In this document: positions 56,799 to 64,000 of the stretch, in pieces
Layout of the letters: each line of letters begins with the position of its first letter
How positions within the stretch are numbered: position 1 is the stretch's first letter
IMG/VR virus record: IMGVR_UViG_3300042695_002264
Span: 64,001-128,000 of that record
Source of the DNA: a virus
Length of the DNA stretch: 64,000 nucleotides
Strand: one strand, 5' to 3'
Made by a program: the position numbers and the translations under genes
The notes under the pieces: generated by a model
Databases searched by the model: none
Told to the model about the DNA's origin: nothing
The model's input: only the letters and a program-made list of their open reading frames with translations

Positions 56799-59068
56799 GA
56801 AAATGTATTAGATGTATTGTTTCTTTTTGAAGAAGTTATTATCCTAAAAGATTTTGGACGTATAGGTATTTCTTTATATGAGTAAGAAACTCTAAGACCC
56901 CTGCTATCTAAAGATGCGCTTAAAGACTCTAAACCAGGGACAATTGGCAGGAAAAAACCATCACATTCCGCAGACAGAGTAGATAGCCATTTTTGACCAT
57001 TTCCACCAATAGCCGCAGGAACTTCAAAAGAAGTAGATGGTTCATTTTCATTTGGCGTCACATCGGTTACGATAACACTGTGCGATAGCCCATAATCGCT
57101 ATTGACTGGACCAGAAAATCCCCAAGAATTTATAGCCTGAGCATATCCAGTTTGATTAGATGAGGAATATTCGCTTTTTATGGTTCTAATCGCTTTAAAG
57201 CTAGCAAGTGATGGCATAACTACCTTTATTGACTTTCCATTACAATCAATAGAGTAAGATTTTCCTCTGGCATGCTCTAATCCTGGAGATAATTCTGCTG
57301 AATTTTCGGAACCATTATTAATTACAACATCACGATTTGCATTAATTAAATTTGGAACAATATCTGCGCATTCATCAACTATATCAGGCTTGTCTTGAGG
57401 CGGAACAGGATCAAGTATTGCATTTGGGTCCTCATAATCATAAACTTCTGTTAAGTCATTTGGATTTTCAGATTCAGATGCTGAAGTAATAGTAATATTA
57501 TATCTTGGTCGCTTTACAAATATAATAACCTTTCCATCTTCTTCTATTTGCTTTCTTAATCTTTCCCCAGAAGATACGTAACCCCCAGACTCTTCATTGT
57601 TAGTAGTCGGTGCAACTAAAGTAACTGGAGTGCCTTCTTGGGGGAGGCTTTTTTGGTCATAAATTTGACATATTAAATCATGAGAAACTGTTTTAATACA
57701 ATCTTCAACTGCCTGAGCAAAATCTGCCGCCTCAACATCTCCAGAAACATGCTCGCTTACACTGCGCCAATAGCCCTTTCTAACAATATTATTTTGATCT
57801 TCAAATGTGCTATTGTATGGATTTTTGCCTCTCTGTGAAGGGGGTGGATTAAAAGAAGTTTGTATTTTTTTAAAATTAAACTCGTCTCCACCAGAGCCAT
57901 TAAAATCGTAAGATTCATCATAAGGATAATACAATTCTTGAGTATATTCCTTTGATTGAATATTATTATTCAAAGGATATGCCAAATAAAAATCACCATC
58001 TCCATCAATATTTAAATATTTAAATATTGCATCTCGAAAATTAGTATTTTTTGAATCAAAATTAAAGTTTGTTGATAAAAAATTTCTCCATTTTGGATCT
58101 GTAAGATTTAAAGACATTTCAATTTTAGATAATACATTATAGCCTAATTTTCTATAGTCTCCATTTGTTAATGCATTATAAACTGATAATGATGGGCAAA
58201 CTTTTTCTAAAACTTCATTATCGGTTGGAAAATTTGGGTGAAGAATTGGAGAAATTGAAACATGCTTATTATCTGTAATATTTAACGCAGCTTCTTGGGT
58301 TTGTTTAGTTGGCCATCTTTCAAAAAACCAAGATGATTGAGAAGATACCCCATCTCTAGTCGCTCCATAATCAAGAGACAAAATCCCACAACCTCCTTGA
58401 GGAACATTAATTCTTATAGAGCCATTTTTTATAGCAACTATTTCATCTTTTCTCCAGTCCCACCACCATCCAATTCCCACATCTGAATAAATACCACCTA
58501 AAACACTTCTGTATGTTCCTTCATAAGAGCACCTTAAATTTTCAGAAATTTTAGGCGCACCAATTATAGCTAATGCTTGATTTGCATTATATGTGACATT
58601 GCTAGAGTCACATGGGTTTGATGACCACTCTTCCTGCCCCAAACCTCCAGCCGAATAGCCAGCCTGTCTTTGCACAACTATATTTAAATTTTTAACTCCA
58701 AAACTAAAACTAACTCTTCCCCTATCATAGCTCGCATTTACTGCTGGAACACTTACGGTTTTTGCTATATTAATTGGCCTTCCGCCAAGCCCTCTTCTAA
58801 ATAAAACTATGCATTTTTGATCAAGAGTTATAGAATTATCTATATACTCATAAGTTGTTAAAAATTTTCCTTGTTCTTTATGCGTAGAATAAGAAATTAG
58901 CTGCCCAATAAATTCTATACCACCAATGCCGCCGATATTAGATCGATTAAATCCACGATCGCCCAATGTAGTAACTGATAATTTTGCTGGAGAATCGCTA
59001 ACAGAAGCGCTTAAAGATAGCGAAACTATATCTTTATTTGCTCCAATACTTCTTATTTGAATAGCCAT
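56795..59068 (-). CDS. Baseplate hub/tail-tip-like protein (tentative)
   Basis: 757 aa; N-terminal LSLSAS..PAKLSV and GWWWDW segment; tail-module position. Confidence 0.45.
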   Translation of the reverse strand: MAIQIRSIGANKDIVSLSLSASVSDSPAKLSVTTLGDRGFNRSNIGGIGGIEFIGQLISYSTHKEQGKFLTTYEYIDNSITLDQKCIVLFRRGLGGRPINIAKTVSVPAVNASYDRGRVSFSFGVKNLNIVVQRQAGYSAGGLGQEEWSSNPCDSSNVTYNANQALAIIGAPKISENLRCSYEGTYRSVLGGIYSDVGIGWWWDWRKDEIVAIKNGSIRINVPQGGCGILSLDYGATRDGVSSQSSWFFERWPTKQTQEAALNITDNKHVSISPILHPNFPTDNEVLEKVCPSLSVYNALTNGDYRKLGYNVLSKIEMSLNLTDPKWRNFLSTNFNFDSKNTNFRDAIFKYLNIDGDGDFYLAYPLNNNIQSKEYTQELYYPYDESYDFNGSGGDEFNFKKIQTSFNPPPSQRGKNPYNSTFEDQNNIVRKGYWRSVSEHVSGDVEAADFAQAVEDCIKTVSHDLICQIYDQKSLPQEGTPVTLVAPTTNNEESGGYVSSGERLRKQIEEDGKVIIFVKRPRYNITITSASESENPNDLTEVYDYEDPNAILDPVPPQDKPDIVDECADIVPNLINANRDVVINNGSENSAELSPGLEHARGKSYSIDCNGKSIKVVMPSLASFKAIRTIKSEYSSSNQTGYAQAINSWGFSGPVNSDYGLSHSVIVTDVTPNENEPSTSFEVPAAIGGNGQKWLSTLSAECDGFFLPIVPGLESLSASLDSRGLRVSYSYKEIPIRPKSFRIITSSKRNNTSNTFS

Positions 59069-59079
59069 AAATTGAAAAA

Positions 59080-60864
59080 TTACAGATTATAAATGATTAC
59101 ACCAGTATTGTAGGTTATTATATCAATTTCATCGCTTTTTTCTACTTCTTGATAATCAAATCCAAGATAAAGCCTTTGCCCGTTTAGCCAAATCATGGAT
59201 GTTTTTTTATTAAAATTAAATGGTACTAAAAAATAAGAACCAGAAGTGTTTTTAATATTATAAGTACCAAAGCCTAATGTATTTTTTTGAACTGTTAATA
59301 CATTATAGTTTCCACTTATATTTCTTAATATCGTATTGGTACCACTGTAATCAATTCCAGAATTTAAAAGTTGACCATTTAAAAAAACAAATGAATTATT
59401 AAAATTTAAACTTGATATATTATTGCCACTATTTATCTGCCCAGTCATTAACAGTTCAGATTTTGGCCAAAAATCAATAAGTGAATTATTTTGATTTATA
59501 AAACCATAATTTGAATTACTAAATATTTTATTTCCAGAAATAAAGTAATCTTCTGATGGTAAATAGTTAATATTTCCACTTTGAATAAGCTCATCATATC
59601 CAGAAGATCTCGTTTGCAATTGCCCATTATAGTATAATCCAGAAAAATCTTCGCCTATAATGCTATCATATCCATAAGAATTATCTGCATTAATATAATA
59701 AAGATTTGTGAAGTTTATTCCCGCATCAATTCCAGAATATCCATATATTGATAAAATATCATTAGGATCGATATTAAATGATAAAGATATAGCATTTTGA
59801 TAATTATAAATATATTCTGGCCGAGATACAAATGCGGAATTATTAGTAATTGAATATTCGATATAATAACCAGAATCATATTCAAATACATTTGTTCCAG
59901 TAAATACACTTGAGCAAAGTGAAAATAAATTTTGTCCACTAGAATATCCTAAAAAATAACCAGTAAAAACTTTTTGAGCGAATTGATTGAAAATCTCATT
60001 ATTAAAATCTAAAAATGATTCGTGTGTTGCAAAATATTCTCCACTACCAGTACTTAATACAATCTCATTCAGCACGCCACTTGATTGAGCAGAGCACTGT
60101 GTTATTTTTATAATATCGCCATTTAATATGCCAGTTTGTCCAGAGATAGCGCCAGTAATAGTATTTGAATTAATAGATGAAATAATGCCACTAACAAATT
60201 CATTTTCAAATATGGAAGAGCTTAAATAATCTGAATTGTAAATAAATATTTCAGCAACTTCAGCAGATAAAAATCTTCCAGATGGCAAGCTTTGACTTCC
60301 TCCAATATAATAATTATTTGATTTTTTAAAATTTTCATCAAGTGGAGCAAATATTTTTTGAAACGAATTAGATTCTGCATCAAATAAGCCCATTGAAATA
60401 GAATTCGATCCATTAATAGAAAAGCTTACAATTCCAGTTTTATTTGCTTTTAAGCTGTGGCATACAGTAATAGGCCCATAAATTTTATGAGCGTATTCAA
60501 AATATGGATAGCCAGCATAGTTTATTCCAAAATTGATTCCGGAATCATAATTATAATTTGCAAAAAAAACATTGTCAGATTTTGCATTCCCTAATTTATA
60601 CGCAAAAATAAAAGATAAAGAATCTCCACTAAAATAATTTAATTTGGCATAGCTTTGGCCATCAAAACTTGCAAATCCAGATTTCGTCCAAAAATTTCCA
60701 GAATTTACCAGCTGTAATTGTTCAGCGCGACTTGTCCAGCTTTCGCTTGGAATATTAATTAGCCCAGATATTCCAGTATTAGAAAAATCAAAATAACCAA
60801 CTATCTGCTCCGTAGATAGATTTTCATTTTTATCAAAAAAATATTTCATTGAATTTGCTGGCAT
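59080..60864 (-). CDS. Tail protein with LamG-like N-terminus and VFLNGQ repeats
   Basis: YYIGG, EIFIYN; three (Y/F/W)(Y/L)NGQ repeats; start reassigned to ATG at 60864. Confidence 0.6.
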   Translation of the reverse strand: MPANSMKYFFDKNENLSTEQIVGYFDFSNTGISGLINIPSESWTSRAEQLQLVNSGNFWTKSGFASFDGQSYAKLNYFSGDSLSFIFAYKLGNAKSDNVFFANYNYDSGINFGINYAGYPYFEYAHKIYGPITVCHSLKANKTGIVSFSINGSNSISMGLFDAESNSFQKIFAPLDENFKKSNNYYIGGSQSLPSGRFLSAEVAEIFIYNSDYLSSSIFENEFVSGIISSINSNTITGAISGQTGILNGDIIKITQCSAQSSGVLNEIVLSTGSGEYFATHESFLDFNNEIFNQFAQKVFTGYFLGYSSGQNLFSLCSSVFTGTNVFEYDSGYYIEYSITNNSAFVSRPEYIYNYQNAISLSFNIDPNDILSIYGYSGIDAGINFTNLYYINADNSYGYDSIIGEDFSGLYYNGQLQTRSSGYDELIQSGNINYLPSEDYFISGNKIFSNSNYGFINQNNSLIDFWPKSELLMTGQINSGNNISSLNFNNSFVFLNGQLLNSGIDYSGTNTILRNISGNYNVLTVQKNTLGFGTYNIKNTSGSYFLVPFNFNKKTSMIWLNGQRLYLGFDYQEVEKSDEIDIITYNTGVIIYNL

Positions 60865-62396
60865 TAGTTTTCCTCCCAAGTAATTTGAAATGATATTCTC
60901 CCATCAGAAGTTTCATTTGTGAATGTTTTAGTTTTTATAATTGTCATCGCGTATCTGTTAGCAATTGATTCTATATATGCTTTGGCTTTAGCAGAATTTC
61001 CAACCTCTACTTCCATTTGACCGTCAAACGATACAGTGGTTTTAGATCTATGCGTGCCATAAGCTGCCCAATCACTACAAAGTGGTTGTACAAATTCATA
61101 TTGCTGCAATCCATATGTTTTAGTGACTGTATAGGAAATATTTTTTATGTAACAAGGCAAAGATGCATTTATTGGATTTATATCCCAAGATATTGAATAA
61201 GATAATGACCCATCTATCTGATTTTCAGATAGCGATTCTGAGCTTTGCTTGAAATGAGTAACATTAAAATCATTATTTAACCCAGTAATATTCTTACGAA
61301 ATTCTTGCATTGGATTAAAAGAATTTTGGAAAAAGTTATTTACTTGCGCAAGTCTTTCTGTTGGATTTCCAACCCTACATCTTATATTAGAATTTAAAGA
61401 TGCAGAATTTTCCGAATCACCTCCATAACCAATATTATAAGTAGCTGTCGAATCTATATATATAATTGGACTATTATCATTATTGAATGTAACTGAAAAT
61501 GAAATTTGCTTATTTGATAAATCTTCATCTACGCCAGAGTTTACATAAATACTATTTAGATCTCCAGAATTTGTACATCCGCTATAAATATCAAAAGTTA
61601 AATTCCACAAGTTCAGACTTTTATACCTATTTCTTATCAAATCCATTGATCCACTTATGCCAGCATTTAATGTTCCATTGATTGTTGCTGTGGAAAAATT
61701 AAATTTATCATACCCAATATCAACAGAATATCTTAATAATCCATTTCCCGTTTGTGACTGATCAATCGTATAATTTTCAATCCATTGACAGTTGCCATTC
61801 ATTCTATCCATTGTTTCGGATATAGAATTTAATATTGGAAAAGATTGTTGATTTATTTTTATAAAAGCTGTGCTTGGAATATTTTTTAGTCCAGTTCTGG
61901 AGTAAACAAAATTTGTAGCATTTTTAATTGCTGGCAAGTTTGAATTAATACCAACAGCAGAAACCCTATGTGTAAGAGATAGCGTTCCGTCATTATTTTC
62001 AACAAATTCAAAAGAATCTTCCGGCTCTTTAACAAAAAATTGCCCACTAAAAATATCAGAATCAAATGCTTCAATTTCTACTGTATAAGGCAAAATAAAA
62101 GCATAGTTTGACTCATCAAAGTTTACACCCCTAATTAAAGCATAATCTGATTTAAAAATATCAGAACCATTTTCCTTAATCTGAAATCTTTTAAAATTTT
62201 GTGAAAAATTATTTATTAATGCATTTTGCTTTCCAACCATTCCAGAATAATCAGTCCCGCACCCAACTATTTCACCTACAAGAGAAAATGATTTGTTTGA
62301 GCCCCACCACCCATCAAATTCTTGAGAATATGAAACAAATGGCGTATATGAAACCCCACTAAAAGCATTTTTATTATTATACCAAATTTCGTTCAT
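60864..62396 (-). CDS. Tail protein, paralogue of 62398-63954
   Basis: Shared L.G.I, H.VS and repeated ES...G...Y modules. Confidence 0.55.
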   Translation of the reverse strand: MNEIWYNNKNAFSGVSYTPFVSYSQEFDGWWGSNKSFSLVGEIVGCGTDYSGMVGKQNALINNFSQNFKRFQIKENGSDIFKSDYALIRGVNFDESNYAFILPYTVEIEAFDSDIFSGQFFVKEPEDSFEFVENNDGTLSLTHRVSAVGINSNLPAIKNATNFVYSRTGLKNIPSTAFIKINQQSFPILNSISETMDRMNGNCQWIENYTIDQSQTGNGLLRYSVDIGYDKFNFSTATINGTLNAGISGSMDLIRNRYKSLNLWNLTFDIYSGCTNSGDLNSIYVNSGVDEDLSNKQISFSVTFNNDNSPIIYIDSTATYNIGYGGDSENSASLNSNIRCRVGNPTERLAQVNNFFQNSFNPMQEFRKNITGLNNDFNVTHFKQSSESLSENQIDGSLSYSISWDINPINASLPCYIKNISYTVTKTYGLQQYEFVQPLCSDWAAYGTHRSKTTVSFDGQMEVEVGNSAKAKAYIESIANRYAMTIIKTKTFTNETSDGRISFQITWEEN

Positions 62397-62397
62397 A

Positions 62398-63954
62398 TTA
62401 TGCTATAGTCGTTACATTATAAGTTGCACTTCTGTCCATCGGACTTATAGATAAAGACTCATCTTGTTTTATTGCTGATGTTGAAATCCTCATATCCTCT
62501 GGAAACGAAACCAAATTTACATTTTTTCCATATTTTCTATTTTTATTTATAGTTACTTCATAAAATGTTTTTTGATCATGCTGCTGCCTAACAATGCTAT
62601 TATTTATATAATAATCAGTATAAATATTTACAGGATATTTTTCAGAAATTGACTCCTTCTCCTCTTCTATTCCGTTTGGATTATTATTTATAGTCTTGTT
62701 TGTATAAGATACGCTATACTGAACTGTTCCATTGTACTTGCTAGAAGTAAATGTTTCATTGCTTTTATTTAATATGCCGCTAGAACTACAGCGGTTTGTA
62801 TTTATTGATAAAAATCTAGAATATAAACTATTTATTTTTGACAATAATAATGATTCTTTTTGATTGTAGCCATAAATAGCATTATTATATTTTCTATCTG
62901 TATTTGGCACGCCATCACCTTGAATAGACAGATTAGCTGTGCAGTTAATTAGGTAAGTATCGCCAAGATCGACAGATGTTTCAATAGACCAATCATACCT
63001 ATTCTCTATAAATGGATTATCCGTATAGACTGTTTCTAATTCAATTGTACCATTAAATCTATCTACGTTATATCCTTGGGTTATTGGAAAATTATTAAGA
63101 GATCCAGTCACATAATTAACATAAAAATTCTGTGATCTTTGATAACAGTTAGGCTTTAATTCTGCTAGTTTATTTTTAACGGTTGTAAATTTAGGATCTT
63201 GATTGGCCTGTATCTGAACAGATTCAGTAACTTCAGTAATTCCATTTTCATCTCTACGAAGTGAATATGAAAAATCAGCGTTTGATGAATCTCCGCTTAT
63301 GTTTTTATCTAACCTTTCTGTAAAAGAAAAAATTTTATTTATTACATCAAAGCTTTCTTCGTAATATTTTTTTCCAGATAAAAAATTAGCATTCCCACTT
63401 ATAAGATTAAATGGCACTTCTTTTCCAATAATTCCAGACGCAATATTTTTTGCTAATAAATCCGCGCTACCATACGCAAGCGCATTTTCAAAACTAAAAC
63501 TCACACTATGTTCATAGCTATAATTATTGCTTGAATCAAGATCTAAAGAAAAATTTTCCGAAAAATCATTCATTAAATGAAGGGATAATCCTGTAAAATT
63601 TTGGAGACCAGTAAAATAATTACCAGTCATATTATATAAATTACCCGTAGATAAAATTAAAATATCAGCCGTATATTCACCACGCCTTACCCAGTTTCCT
63701 TCATCTACATTAATATTTCTTATATATCCAGATCCAAAATTTATCCCATTTAAAACAATATCATCGCTAACTTTTGCCAAATTTATAAGGGCATATATTC
63801 CACTTGATACCCCACTTACACCACTTGTGTTGTAAAAATCTGCAATTGTTCCACGTACAGTAAGATTTTTTTCAATACTATAAACAAAATTATCTCCTAA
63901 AAATTTAGGAGAATGTGAGTATGATAGTAATGCTGCATTATTAAAAGTTATCAT
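62398..63954 (-). CDS. Tail protein
   Basis: 518 aa, repeated beta modules, paralogous to the neighbouring gene. Confidence 0.55.
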   Translation of the reverse strand: MITFNNAALLSYSHSPKFLGDNFVYSIEKNLTVRGTIADFYNTSGVSGVSSGIYALINLAKVSDDIVLNGINFGSGYIRNINVDEGNWVRRGEYTADILILSTGNLYNMTGNYFTGLQNFTGLSLHLMNDFSENFSLDLDSSNNYSYEHSVSFSFENALAYGSADLLAKNIASGIIGKEVPFNLISGNANFLSGKKYYEESFDVINKIFSFTERLDKNISGDSSNADFSYSLRRDENGITEVTESVQIQANQDPKFTTVKNKLAELKPNCYQRSQNFYVNYVTGSLNNFPITQGYNVDRFNGTIELETVYTDNPFIENRYDWSIETSVDLGDTYLINCTANLSIQGDGVPNTDRKYNNAIYGYNQKESLLLSKINSLYSRFLSINTNRCSSSGILNKSNETFTSSKYNGTVQYSVSYTNKTINNNPNGIEEEKESISEKYPVNIYTDYYINNSIVRQQHDQKTFYEVTINKNRKYGKNVNLVSFPEDMRISTSAIKQDESLSISPMDRSATYNVTTIA

Positions 63955-64000
63955 TACTTAAGATTATTTTGCGCTTTTAATTGTTGCATTTTCGCACTGA

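Noticed and set aside
1-64000. Stop-codon reassignment
   Set aside because: Long ORFs tile the window under the standard code; TAA, TAG and TGA all end genes; no suppressor tRNA

Overview
This is a 64 kb, AT-rich segment of a large tailed dsDNA bacteriophage (jumbo-like). It uses the standard genetic code and nearly all genes lie on the minus strand. Layout: (1) 1-13.3 kb, tail-fibre/receptor-binding cluster (LamG, PKD, shared repeats) with an embedded sulfotransferase-like gene and a GT-A-like gene. (2) 13.4-14.4 kb, six tRNAs and a tmRNA with a 34-residue acidic tag. (3) 16.5-27.7 kb, replication operon: DnaE split into PHP and polymerase genes with DnaQ and ClpP between them, plus a RecB/Cas4-like nuclease, primase, DnaB, dNMP kinase and RecA. 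(4) 27.7-35.2 kb, putative virion genes; the 31.24-31.70 kb gap holds an apparently intact group I intron core that sits in no CDS or tRNA and is flanked by complementary non-coding arms. (5) 35.3-54.3 kb, nucleotide metabolism (dUTPase, dCMP deaminase, class II RNR), a large nucleotide-sugar/glycosyltransferase cluster and a phage sigma factor. (6) 55-64 kb, tail/baseplate-type genes strongly enriched in Ser-Gly/Thr-Gly. The leading candidates for novelty are the orphan group I ribozyme with its unknown host ncRNA, a possible [S/T]-G-directed virion glycosylation system, and the long-tag tmRNA/ClpP pair. All calls are from reading motifs by eye; no database searches were run.
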